From Promethearchaeota archaeon (lineage in GTDB: Archaea > Asgardarchaeota > Hermodarchaeia > Hermodarchaeales > Hermodarchaeaceae), in the NCBI GenBank assembly GCA_048938385.1, contig JBHLMG010000006.1, positions 32,001-96,000 on the forward strand: a DNA stretch of 64,000 nt. The letters are read 5' to 3'. This document shows positions 1 through 9,405 of this stretch, in pieces; positions within the stretch are counted from its first letter, which is position 1, and each line of letters opens with the position of its first letter. Made by a program: the position numbers and the translations under genes. A model generated the notes under the pieces. That model ran no database searches, was not told the origin of the DNA, and saw only the letters and a program-made list of their open reading frames with translations.

Positions 1-264
1 GAAGGAGGATACCTCTGTCGCGTTGAACCCGCATGGAAGGTCCCTCTGAAAGCCTGCAGACACAACGGTTGCTTTTATTTATTATCGAGGATGTTTTCTA
101 ATATTTTTAATAATTGAGGAGCTCGCAATTACGGTTTTTCACCGAATTTTGCCCTTATGGTCCAAAAAAATAGGAAAGATAGATTTGATTTTGAAGGAAC
201 TGATGAAACGCAAGGCTTTTACTGGGTAGGAGCATCCGTGCCCAATATTGGGTGTGTGACAGGT

Positions 265-1584
265 ATGGCACGTAAACGTGTGATCATTATGGGTGCAGCA
301 GGACGCGATTTCCATAACTTCAATGTCTTCTTTCGCGACAACGAAGATTATGAAGTTGTTGCGTTCACTGCTACACAGATACCCGGCATCGAAGAACGGA
401 AGTATCCTGCCGTTTTGGCAGGGAAACTTTACCCAAAAGGAATACCAATCTTCCCAGAAGAGCTTCTCCCCAAATTAATACGAGAGCATGAAGTAGAACA
501 AGTCGTGTTTGCGTATAGCGACATTGCCCACATTGATGTAATGCATTTAGCTTCCTGGGTGCATTCTGTAGGAGCAGATTTCCGACTAATGGGACCAGCA
601 ACGACAATGATCAAAAGTAAGAAACCGGTCATCGCCATCTGTGCGGTTCGTACTGGTTCTGGGAAGAGCCAAACAAGTCGTCGAGTTGTTCAAATCCTCC
701 GCGCTAAAGGTTTGAAGGTAGTAGTCGTTCGCCATCCAATGCCTTATGGAGACCTTGCTGAGCAGGTGGTGCAACGCTTTGAAACCCTAGAAGACCTAAA
801 GCGGCATAAAACTACGATTGAGGAAATGGAGGAATATGAACCTCATATCGACCGAGGTGCTGTTGTCTACGCAGGTGTTGATTATGGAAAAATTCTAGAA
901 GAAGCCGAGAAGGAAGCTGATGTTATCGTTTTCGATGGCGGAAATAATGACTTTCCATTCTATGTACCAGACATACACATTGTCATTGCAGATCCCCATC
1001 GACCAGGTCACGAAGTCATGTACCATCCCGGTGAAACGAACGCCCGTTTGGCAGATGTAGTTATCATTAATAAAATCGATACTGCGGAACCAGAGAACAT
1101 TGAGCAGGTACGCCAGACCATTCGCGTGGTGAATCCACGAGCCATCATCATCGATGCAGCATCTCCGCTCTTTGTAGAGAACCCTGAAGCAATTCAAGGT
1201 AAACGCGTTCTAGTCGTCGAAGATGGTCCGACCTTAACTCATGGAGAAATGGATTTTGGAGCAGGATGGGTTGCAGCAGAGAAATATGGAGCCGCAGAAA
1301 TTGTGGATCCCAGACCCTATGCGGTTGGATCGATTAAAGAAACCTTCGAAAAATATACGCATTTAAGTGAAATACTTCCCGCAATGGGGTATGGTGATAA
1401 ACAAGTCAAAGAATTAGAGCAAACAATTGCCGCAGTGGAAGCTGATGTAGTCGTGATTGGTACACCGATTGACCTCAAACGCGTTGTTAAGATTGACAAG
1501 CCCTCGGTTCGTGTGCGCTATGAACTTCAAGAAATTGGCAGACCCACTTTAGAAGATGTCCTTAAAGACTTCCCCACAAAATAA
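265..1584 (+). CDS. COG2403 P-loop protein, cyclic 2,3-diphosphoglycerate synthetase-like; probable arginine synthetase (ArcE-type)
   Basis: Motifs GAAGRDFHNFN, AVRTGSGKSQTSR (P-loop), RHPMPYG, DGGNND, EDGPTLTHG. Start set at ATG 265 (MARKRVII) rather than 157. Confidence 0.75.
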   Translation: MARKRVIIMGAAGRDFHNFNVFFRDNEDYEVVAFTATQIPGIEERKYPAVLAGKLYPKGIPIFPEELLPKLIREHEVEQVVFAYSDIAHIDVMHLASWVHSVGADFRLMGPATTMIKSKKPVIAICAVRTGSGKSQTSRRVVQILRAKGLKVVVVRHPMPYGDLAEQVVQRFETLEDLKRHKTTIEEMEEYEPHIDRGAVVYAGVDYGKILEEAEKEADVIVFDGGNNDFPFYVPDIHIVIADPHRPGHEVMYHPGETNARLADVVIINKIDTAEPENIEQVRQTIRVVNPRAIIIDAASPLFVENPEAIQGKRVLVVEDGPTLTHGEMDFGAGWVAAEKYGAAEIVDPRPYAVGSIKETFEKYTHLSEILPAMGYGDKQVKELEQTIAAVEADVVVIGTPIDLKRVVKIDKPSVRVRYELQEIGRPTLEDVLKDFPTK

Positions 1585-1601
1585 CCAGAAAGTTACCATC
1601 T

Positions 1602-2540
1602 CTAACCTAGAGTTATGCGTAATCCCCGTAGAGTGAGCCAAGGGCTTCCTGCCTTCTTCCCTCGCTGTGGAGGAAGGAGGGTGAGGGGCCAATGTTTCCT
1701 GATATATTGGGGTTTCCAAGTTACTTCGTTAAGGCAACGAGAACCAATCATTGCAAGGGTTTTGGTGAGCACGGGGTGGTTCTTGATTCCGCTAAGAACT
1801 AAAGACTCTGCTGCTTCGAAGATACTACTTTGATAAGATCGGAAGTATCCGAACTTCATCCAATTGGGATTGGGTTCAGGGTAGCGTCGTGGAAAATTTG
1901 CAGTGGAAAGATCATGAGCTAACAGGTAGTCTTGGACATTTTTAACAGCAGTTTTGTATTGTTTACCACGCCATTGACTAGGAAATTCGTTGAGCCAACG
2001 GAGGGTACGCACCATGACATAAGCGCAGGGTTTGCCATCCGTGCGGACATGGCAATCTCCTTCACGATTCAAATTTGCTTCGAGATATTCCTCACAGGCT
2101 AGTTTTACCCGAGGATCTTCTGCAAAACCGAGGGCAAGAACTGCACGAAGAAACACGGTATTCCCACATTTGTTGATTTTCCCGCTTGATGCTATGAAAG
2201 CCCCATCTTGGCGTTTATAGGTTGAAAACGCGTGATTGACAGCATTGACTAATTCTGGAATTTTCGTCCCGTTGAGCCCGAGATTTCCAAAAAACCCCAT
2301 GACTTCTTGGAAGGCGAGAAATGTGCGTTTACGATGCTTCTCAATCCAAGGTCCTAAGGCATACTCGAGGTGGGGTAAAAGCCTCCTTTGCTGGCGTAGA
2401 AAGCCCGAATCAGTAATGGGTAACTTCTGAATATCACGGAGATAGAGGAGTTGTGCAAAGTCATGGATGATTGGTTCCTCATATTCTGTTACATATTCGA
2501 CTGCAAGTTCGGGATTGAAACTTGGAATAGCAGGAGACAT
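1602..2540 (-). CDS. hypothetical protein, probable alpha/alpha-toroid (prenyltransferase/terpene-cyclase-like) fold
   Basis: Long ORF with QDG-type turn, WMKFGYF..Y and C-terminal GSPWLTLRGLRI motifs typical of this family. ATG at 2540 chosen. Confidence 0.45.
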   Translation of the reverse strand: MSPAIPSFNPELAVEYVTEYEEPIIHDFAQLLYLRDIQKLPITDSGFLRQQRRLLPHLEYALGPWIEKHRKRTFLAFQEVMGFFGNLGLNGTKIPELVNAVNHAFSTYKRQDGAFIASSGKINKCGNTVFLRAVLALGFAEDPRVKLACEEYLEANLNREGDCHVRTDGKPCAYVMVRTLRWLNEFPSQWRGKQYKTAVKNVQDYLLAHDLSTANFPRRYPEPNPNWMKFGYFRSYQSSIFEAAESLVLSGIKNHPVLTKTLAMIGSRCLNEVTWKPQYIRKHWPLTLLPPQRGKKAGSPWLTLRGLRITLG

Positions 2541-2661
2541 AACGAACACTTGAGTAGTGGATAGTAGGATGTATCGGTTTTGGAGCTTTAAAACTGAAAG
2601 CACTATGCCTTGACTTGTGAATTCACTGCGTTTATGAAGCCAAAACCTAACATTCCTACTT

Positions 2662-3207
2662 ATGACTAACCAGCAATCCTATGCAACTCTTGGGGGCGGT
2701 TGTTTTTGGTGCACTGAAGCCGTTTTCCTGAGACTTAAGGGGGTTTCGAAGGTTGAATCAGGCTACTCTGGAGGAACGAGTGAAAACCCCACTTACAAAG
2801 AGGTATCAACAGGAAGAACAGGTCATGTAGAAGTAATCCAGATTACCTTCGATTCTGATGTTATCACCTTTCGCGAACTCCTCGAAGTATTCTTTGCCAC
2901 TCATGACCCTACAACATTAAATCGCCAGGGAAATGATGTAGGTACTCAATATCGATCTGTGATTTTCTACCATAACCAGCACCAAAAGGATGTCGCAGAA
3001 CAATACATCCAAGAATTAGAGAAATCGAAAGTCTTTGGCAAACCAATTGTCACGACAATAGAACCGTTTACAGCCTTTTACGAAGCTGAAGAGTATCACC
3101 AAAACTTCTTTGCGAGGAATCCTAATCAACTGTATTCCCGAGCAGTAATTCCACCAAAATTATTGAAGCTTAAAAAAGATTTCACAGATAAGCTGAAGAC
3201 AAACTGA
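2662..3207 (+). CDS. msrA: peptide-methionine (S)-S-oxide reductase MsrA
   Basis: [45 protein letters not shown] motifs. Confidence 0.97.
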   Translation: MTNQQSYATLGGGCFWCTEAVFLRLKGVSKVESGYSGGTSENPTYKEVSTGRTGHVEVIQITFDSDVITFRELLEVFFATHDPTTLNRQGNDVGTQYRSVIFYHNQHQKDVAEQYIQELEKSKVFGKPIVTTIEPFTAFYEAEEYHQNFFARNPNQLYSRAVIPPKLLKLKKDFTDKLKTN

Positions 3208-3231
3208 TTCGAATTTGTGAAGGATGCTAGC

Positions 3232-5106
3232 TCACATTCGCTCCAATGGGGTGATACCCAATAATTGCAGAGCGTTTGAGAGAACTTGGCGTGAGAGCTG
3301 TACAAGGAGTAAGCGTGCTGCTTTTAGATCTGGCGTTTCTGCTTTGAGGACTGGGCAGTTGTTGTAGAAGGAATTGAAGGCTACACAGAGGGTATATGCG
3401 TATTCTGCGAGATGGAACAGTTCAATTCGTGTGCCCCAAACTTCGCGTTTAGTGCCTTGAACGATTTCGAGAAGAACTTCGGGAAATCGGCCAAGGAGCT
3501 TTACGAGTTCAGTTTCAAAGGGGCTAGTTAGTTCGCTGAGTAAAGCAGCAGTTGGTGCAGTTTCTTTGCGGAGGATGGAGCAAGCGCGCGCGTAGGTGTA
3601 CATAAGATAGGGAGCAGCATTGCCATCAAAGTTGAGCATGTCCTCCCAGGTGAAAACAATTTGTTTTTCAACAGCTACCTTGAGCAAAGAGTATCTGACT
3701 GCAGCGGATCCGATAGCTTTAGCAACCTGCCGGAGGAACCGCGAATCAGCATCAGGATTTCGTTTCTTAACTTCCTTAACAGCTCGACGCGTAGCTTGAC
3801 GAATGACATCATCAGTGCTGAGCCCAATCCAAGTTCCCTTTCTTCCGGAGAACCGTGCATCGGGGAGAGTTACGAATTCATATGCTAGATGATAGTAATT
3901 CTCTGAAGCCTTTTCATAACCCAAGGTCTTCAATATCAGATACACAGTGCGTTGCGCCTGACTTTGAGGCATCCCAATAACATTGTATATAATATCAGCC
4001 GGACGATAGTGACCTGTTTCTCCGCGGGGTGCTGTTGTCCAAAGGATGCCTTCTTTAACTTTAGAGCTTTTGAAAGGAGTGTATTTGAATGGATCTTCGA
4101 TGATACCGAATTTCCAAAAGTGGAACGCAATGTCTTTTCCAGTGTAGGTGGCAACCCCATCGGACCGAACTAACACTTTTTCAGTATCTTTCAAACGCTG
4201 AAATTCTTCGTACAAACTAAGGTCCACTATCACGCAACCAGCTTTCTCACCTTTTGTTGGTTGAGATGTTGTAGGAGCCTCCAGAATCTTCTCTAAAGCC
4301 TCTGCAAACAGCCCTGAATGAGCGATATCACTCTCCCAAACTAAGAGATCATGATGCACATTCAATTTCTCATGAGTTTTGTGATGGGCTCGAAGCACTC
4401 GTTCAGACATTTTCCGGACTTCTGAGGCCACCTTGTTGTTTCCCTGTTCCATGAGTTTCAAATACTTACGAACCTGGTCTTCGTCATATTTTCCTTGGGC
4501 ATCCACATAAAGGCGTCCGACGATGTGATCATACTTCCCTTTGTATTTTGAAGCATCTAAGTGTTTTAGCGCCCAATAGGCTACGGCAATTTGAAGCCCT
4601 AAATCATTGATGTAATCCATACGTGTGACATCATAACCTACAGTTCTCATTAACCGTGCAACTGTATCACCGAGAACTGCATTTCGAGCGTGGCCAACAT
4701 GAAGTGGATTATTTGGATTCACTGCTGGATATTCGACCACTACATGCTTTCCTGCAAACATGTTAGAGCTGCCATACGAATCACCAGCGGTAAGAATTGC
4801 ATCGATAACAAGACGGCGATAGGGGATGATGTTGATATAGAAGTTTACATAGGGGCCCTGTGCAACGACTTGTTCTATCAAGGGAAACCGGATTGGGTCG
4901 AATTTTACTAAACCTTTTGCAATTTCAACAGGGGTCTTCTTGAGTTCTTGTGCAAGATGGAAGGCGGCAGTGCAAGCGAGGTCCCCATGGTGAGGATCAG
5001 CTGGGATTTCAAGAAATTGGCTTAGGTCCTGTCCACTGGCTAGCTGAAGCGCTTCTATTACTTGTCGCCGAAACTGCTCCCAAGGATTTGTCACGGTCAC
5101 CGTCAT
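3232..5106 (-). CDS. argS: arginine--tRNA ligase
   Basis: HIGH-like NPNNPLHVGHARNA, YINDLGLQ, RSDG..TY..KDIA, FSGRKG, FDGNAAPYLMYTYAR, C-terminal LGI...ERM. Start reset to ATG 5106 because the longer ORF runs into the tRNA. Confidence 0.95.
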   Translation of the reverse strand: MTVTVTNPWEQFRRQVIEALQLASGQDLSQFLEIPADPHHGDLACTAAFHLAQELKKTPVEIAKGLVKFDPIRFPLIEQVVAQGPYVNFYINIIPYRRLVIDAILTAGDSYGSSNMFAGKHVVVEYPAVNPNNPLHVGHARNAVLGDTVARLMRTVGYDVTRMDYINDLGLQIAVAYWALKHLDASKYKGKYDHIVGRLYVDAQGKYDEDQVRKYLKLMEQGNNKVASEVRKMSERVLRAHHKTHEKLNVHHDLLVWESDIAHSGLFAEALEKILEAPTTSQPTKGEKAGCVIVDLSLYEEFQRLKDTEKVLVRSDGVATYTGKDIAFHFWKFGIIEDPFKYTPFKSSKVKEGILWTTAPRGETGHYRPADIIYNVIGMPQSQAQRTVYLILKTLGYEKASENYYHLAYEFVTLPDARFSGRKGTWIGLSTDDVIRQATRRAVKEVKKRNPDADSRFLRQVAKAIGSAAVRYSLLKVAVEKQIVFTWEDMLNFDGNAAPYLMYTYARACSILRKETAPTAALLSELTSPFETELVKLLGRFPEVLLEIVQGTKREVWGTRIELFHLAEYAYTLCVAFNSFYNNCPVLKAETPDLKAARLLLVQLSRQVLSNALQLLGITPLERM

Positions 5107-5197
5107 CCAATTCTTGTCCTGAATACGCAAGGGACGCCTTTTTTCTCTTTCGTCTCCCCTGCAAATAAGGTTGGGTATAACCCAGAGGAGAAACTGA

Positions 5198-5213
5198 GGG
5201 GGGAGTTTAAGTA
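5198..5213 (+). promoter_or_regulatory. putative BRE/TATA element in the argS-tRNA divergent region
   Basis: GGGGGGAGTTTAAGTA about 50 nt upstream of the tRNA; near-identical element at 21900-21915. Confidence 0.4.
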
Positions 5214-5264
5214 CAGAAATGATTAAACGGCAGGAGGTTCTACATCCGGTGCCTTCCCTTCCCT

Positions 5265-5340
5265 GCGCACGTGGCCAAGCGGATACGGCGACAGGCTTCG
5301 GACCTGTAGATCCGGGGTTCAAATCCCTGCGTGCGCACCA
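5265..5340 (+). tRNA. tRNA-Arg(TCG), intronless, CCA encoded
   Basis: Acceptor stem GCGCACG/CGTGCGC + ACCA; D arm GCC..GGC with A20; anticodon arm ACAGG-CTTCGGA-CCTGT; T arm CGGGG-TTCAAAT-CCCTG. Confidence 0.96.
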
Positions 5341-5540
5341 TTTACTCTTATAATGAATGGGTTGAGCTTGTTTTCTCTGGTGATGCCTGATGCCAGAATT
5401 ATCTAGGAAGTGAAGAGGTATTGAACTTAACTAGATTATTCTTAACCTTGTCTGACCCTTTGGTAACTGGAGTAGTACCTATCTTTGTCTCGATGTATCC
5501 AGACTAAGAGGACGGATTTAACCCAGTGGAGATGAGAGGA

Positions 5541-6650
5541 TCACTTGACCGCCTTAAAGCGTGGTTTCAGTTTCTTGAGGACATCTGGTAGAGTTGTGTA
5601 TTCCATCGAGGAGGGCGGAAGACGATGCGGTTCAAAGGGACCATGGCGTCGGAGGTAATCTGCAACATACATGCATTGATCCCGTGTTAGGTCCCAGGCT
5701 GGGTCATCGAAGACATCCACGGGTTCGGTGAGTTTGCCATTTTTCATACTGAAGGCAAGACCAGTAACGCGTGGAGGTCCATCAAACCGTGTACATTGTG
5801 AGTAATGGAGAGGGACTGGCATTAGAGGACCGTTGTGGCTGCCCCGCATCCATCCCGTGACTAGGTGACCAAGAGCGAAGCCTTCTAAGACTTCGCCTGT
5901 AGCAGGAAAACCGCTCTGGGCACGGATAATTGCGCCAGGGTCGTCTTTTCCAATGTAGCGTCCTGCAACTGCATAGAGTTTTTCTGTGGAGATTACTGCG
6001 CCGATACCGCGTTTTTCATCCTTAGAATACACGCGTTTGACGACGTAGTCCTCGGTTGCGCCAATTAAAGCGAGTAAGTCATAGGTCTCTGATGGAGTTT
6101 CTAGCCTGACCATTTTGTTGTTTTTGATGTCGTAAACTTCGAAGATGAAGCCGTCATGCATCTTAGGATCAATGATTAACCCTGCAGTGTTAAAGGGGTC
6201 GCCGAAGACCCGAAAGATTGGGTAATTGAAAGCGCCGGGTGCCGTTTTATCCGCTGTAAAGACGACGAAGGGTTCAGCAGGGCGTTCGTCGAATTCCATT
6301 TCAGCAACGCCTGGACCCATGCCTCGGACATTACCACTGAAGGCTTCCTTCAGGATATCTTGTCCAGCCCCATAGAGACCACGCTCTTTCGCATTCTGCG
6401 TCCCTTTCATAAGGGCTTCAAAGGCAACTTTGTGGATTTCCTCGTTGTCTACACCACGATCATGCGTCATGAGAATTTCGCTGTCATCCCCAGCATTCCA
6501 TATCTTATAATCGATTATTAGTCCGGATTGATGGGCTTCGTCAATCGTCTGACAGATGACATCGGTTGTCACATCGCATGTGCGGATGTGACCCCCAATA
6601 CTACCTATATCCGCTTTGATTAGAGTAACAGTGATTTTCACAGGTGCCAC
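5541..6650 (-). CDS. fbp: bifunctional fructose-1,6-bisphosphate aldolase/phosphatase (class V FBPase)
   Basis: KADIGSIGGH, GLYGAGQD, GNVRGMGPG, DPFNTAGL, YIGKDDP, GWMRGSHNGPL, RFDGPP motifs; GTG start. Confidence 0.96.
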   Translation of the reverse strand: MAPVKITVTLIKADIGSIGGHIRTCDVTTDVICQTIDEAHQSGLIIDYKIWNAGDDSEILMTHDRGVDNEEIHKVAFEALMKGTQNAKERGLYGAGQDILKEAFSGNVRGMGPGVAEMEFDERPAEPFVVFTADKTAPGAFNYPIFRVFGDPFNTAGLIIDPKMHDGFIFEVYDIKNNKMVRLETPSETYDLLALIGATEDYVVKRVYSKDEKRGIGAVISTEKLYAVAGRYIGKDDPGAIIRAQSGFPATGEVLEGFALGHLVTGWMRGSHNGPLMPVPLHYSQCTRFDGPPRVTGLAFSMKNGKLTEPVDVFDDPAWDLTRDQCMYVADYLRRHGPFEPHRLPPSSMEYTTLPDVLKKLKPRFKAVK

Positions 6651-6763
6651 CTGTTAATACTACTGTGTTGGCAGTGTTGTTGGCTAACATACTAAGAATG
6701 TTACGCTGCTACTGCCGCTAGTGGCAGATTACTTTATCATTATTAAATAATTTGTTATTCCCC

Positions 6764-7294
6764 TTAATCCTTCGAAGACTGCTGGAGTTGATGAAGGTAT
6801 CGCCGACTTAGTTCGACATAAACTTTCCAGTTGGTATCGAGTTCTTTGAGATCTGCGGGAGTGAGTTGGCGAACGACTTTTCCTGGCACGCCAATAACGA
6901 GGCTTTCAGGAGGGATTTTCTTGCCAGGAGTGATTACGCAACCAGCTCCGATAATGCAATGAGACCCGATATGAACATCATTGAGGATGATCGCCCCAAT
7001 ACCAACCAGCACATTGTCTTCGATGATACATCCATGGGCAACAGAGTTGTGTCCCAGGGTAACACGACTACCAATGATGGTAGGGAACCGGATGTCACAG
7101 TGTACGGTGCAATTATCTTGAATACTTGAGTCGGAACCGATGGTAATGGTGTTGTAATCAGCTCGGATAGTGGCATGTTCCCAAACACTACTCCTTGCGC
7201 CGATGCTGGCTTGTCCGATTACAGACGCCCGAGGAGAGATATAGGCGTCATCAGCGATGTTTGGTTTTTTGCCTTGATAGGGGATAACTGGCAT
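6764..7294 (-). CDS. gamma carbonic anhydrase family (hexapeptide repeat) protein
   Basis: IRADYN, IQDNCTVH, GHNSVAHGC (three His), IGVPGK; hexapeptide repeats. Confidence 0.9.
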   Translation of the reverse strand: MPVIPYQGKKPNIADDAYISPRASVIGQASIGARSSVWEHATIRADYNTITIGSDSSIQDNCTVHCDIRFPTIIGSRVTLGHNSVAHGCIIEDNVLVGIGAIILNDVHIGSHCIIGAGCVITPGKKIPPESLVIGVPGKVVRQLTPADLKELDTNWKVYVELSRRYLHQLQQSSKD

Positions 7295-7350
7295 GGTCTT
7301 TCACTTCATCTGAATTGTGGCAGTGGGTTCCAGGTTCCCATAACTGTTAC

Positions 7351-8145
7351 TCATTCGCGTGATTGAACAGCAAAAATTGCCGCACCCAAGGCCCCTGTGA
7401 ACTGGGGGTCAGGAGGAAGCCAAAGGTCAGTTTTGAGTTCCTGACTAAGATGATAGCGAAACCCGGGATTTAAGGCCACACCACCAGTGACTGCCACAGG
7501 AGGCGTGACAGCGACTCGTTGAGAAAGCGTTGCGATTTTCACGGCCATGGCTTTATGGACGCCTGCAGCAATATCCGCTGGATTGTCTCCTGCACCAATT
7601 CGTCCAACCACTTCACTCTCTGCAAAGACTGTACAAGTACTACTGATCGTCGCAGGGGATTTAGCCTTGAGCGCAAGGGCACCGAGTTCGGTAATTGGAA
7701 GTTCGAGCACCTTTGCCATAACTTCAAGGAAGCGTCCGGTTCCAGCACTGCATTTGTCATTGAGTTCAAAATCTGTTGGACGTCCATCAGCGCCGATTCG
7801 AATAACCTTAGAATCTTGACCTCCAACATCAATAAGTGTCCGTATCTTATTGTTTAAGCTGTGGACACCGACACTATGACAGGTGATTTCAGTGATCGAT
7901 TTGGTAGCATTGAAGGCTTGTCGACGCCCATAGCCAGTACTGATGATTGGAATTCGAGAGAGGTCTTGGCTTGACTGGGATGCAAGTTCTTGGTAACACT
8001 GTCGGACTGCGTTTTTTGCAGAGGCGCCAGTAGAAACGAGGAACTTCCCTAACACCTGCCCCGATGAGTTGATGAGGATGGCTTTTGTGGTCGTGGATCC
8101 GACATCAATACCAATTCCAAGTGGTGGTTGATTAGGCACAGGCAT
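7351..8145 (-). CDS. 2-hydroxyacyl-CoA dehydratase activator (HgdC/HadI, BadF/BcrA-D family ATPase)
   Basis: GIDVGSTTTKA, TGYGR, EITCH, DVGGQDSK, NDKCSAGTGRF, SSTCTVFAESE, TGGVALN. Confidence 0.92.
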   Translation of the reverse strand: MPVPNQPPLGIGIDVGSTTTKAILINSSGQVLGKFLVSTGASAKNAVRQCYQELASQSSQDLSRIPIISTGYGRRQAFNATKSITEITCHSVGVHSLNNKIRTLIDVGGQDSKVIRIGADGRPTDFELNDKCSAGTGRFLEVMAKVLELPITELGALALKAKSPATISSTCTVFAESEVVGRIGAGDNPADIAAGVHKAMAVKIATLSQRVAVTPPVAVTGGVALNPGFRYHLSQELKTDLWLPPDPQFTGALGAAIFAVQSRE

Positions 8146-8152
8146 TCAATTC

Positions 8153-9388
8153 CTAAACAATCATTTCCAAGAGAGCTTCAACTCGGTTTTCAGCTTGAGC
8201 TTCATTATATTGTTGACTGTCAACCATATCACCTTCGATGATTACACCCGGCACTCCTGTTCTTTGGGTTAATTCTTCCTTTGTTATCATCTGTCCCAAC
8301 GAATAGCGTTTACAAGACCTGACAGAGAAGAGGACAAAGCCATCAAGGTCATAGTCTCTAATCAGGGTTGTCATTTTATCAATTTTAGCAGTTAGTCCTC
8401 TATTGAGATATACCGAGGAGTAGATCTTTGCAATACTCCCAATGAGTGGTCCTTTGGGGATGGGGGCTGACCAGGCATGGGTGTAGGAATCAGCGGGAAA
8501 GACTACACCCTTTTTGGCGAGGGTGTTAAAGAAGTTATATATGGTAAACCAGGGAGGGATGTTGTCCCAAAGCAGACGGACGCGTTCTTCGGTAATAGCT
8601 CCGATTCCTTTTTTGACGCGGTCTGCAACTTCGGCTTCAAAGGCTTGATAGAAGTTGATTGCTTGGGGGGTTCCACGCAGCGCAACGATTGGAGCCATGG
8701 AGAGGAATCGATCTGCGCAATTTAGCGGGGAGGGTTTATTTTTACAGGCTTCTAATGCTTTCGTCCAAAGGCTAACAGCTGTATTGGACATTTCAGCGGT
8801 TTCTTCGAGTTTTTTCTCCTCAAAGGGTTGATTATAAGTTTGGTTGAGGAAGGTGATAAGACCTTCAAGTTTGGTTTTAACATATTCAAGGTGATAATCG
8901 GATTGTTCTCCCTCAAGGGGTGGAGTATCGACTAGATATACAGGAGCTCCAGTCATCTGGGAGACAGCTTCGTACCAGCGTAGGACAGTTCCACAGATAT
9001 TGTTACAGGCTAGTAGAGATTGAGGAATTGGTAAACCCATCAAAGGACTTTGCTCTGGTCGTTGAACTGACCCTATGCTCGATCGAGCATAAGAGCAGAG
9101 TTCTTGAGAGAAGCCCAGTTCTTCCGCGAAGCCGCAGAGGATGGGCCCACATTTCTCAGAGCCTACAATTGCACCGTATTGCTCAGGATAAGCCGCGACA
9201 ATGTTCATGGCGACCGGGATTTCAACAGGAAAGCCTGATGTTACCCAAGCAAGCCGCCCCTCTTGAGACGCGGTTTTTGTACTCAAGATATGAAGCGTCA
9301 TCGTTTCGCGAAGTAGTTTGCTACTGTCCAGTTTCCGGTAGGCTTTTTCTTCTTTTTTCAAAGGTTCTAGATTAGTGTCTTGACTCAT
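8153..9388 (-). CDS. 2-hydroxyacyl-CoA dehydratase (HGD-D family) subunit
   Basis: YPEQYGA, GFSQELCSYAR, CNNIC, RSCK, IEGDMVD Fe-S ligand pattern; in an operon with the activator. ATG 9388 chosen. Confidence 0.88.
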   Translation of the reverse strand: MSQDTNLEPLKKEEKAYRKLDSSKLLRETMTLHILSTKTASQEGRLAWVTSGFPVEIPVAMNIVAAYPEQYGAIVGSEKCGPILCGFAEELGFSQELCSYARSSIGSVQRPEQSPLMGLPIPQSLLACNNICGTVLRWYEAVSQMTGAPVYLVDTPPLEGEQSDYHLEYVKTKLEGLITFLNQTYNQPFEEKKLEETAEMSNTAVSLWTKALEACKNKPSPLNCADRFLSMAPIVALRGTPQAINFYQAFEAEVADRVKKGIGAITEERVRLLWDNIPPWFTIYNFFNTLAKKGVVFPADSYTHAWSAPIPKGPLIGSIAKIYSSVYLNRGLTAKIDKMTTLIRDYDLDGFVLFSVRSCKRYSLGQMITKEELTQRTGVPGVIIEGDMVDSQQYNEAQAENRVEALLEMIV

Positions 9389-9405
9389 GGTCACATCTCC
9401 ATCCT

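Noticed and set aside
5107-5322. N-terminal extension of the ArgRS ORF given in the ORF track
   Set aside because: It runs through the promoter region and overlaps tRNA-Arg; ArgRS-like sequence starts near ATG 5106.
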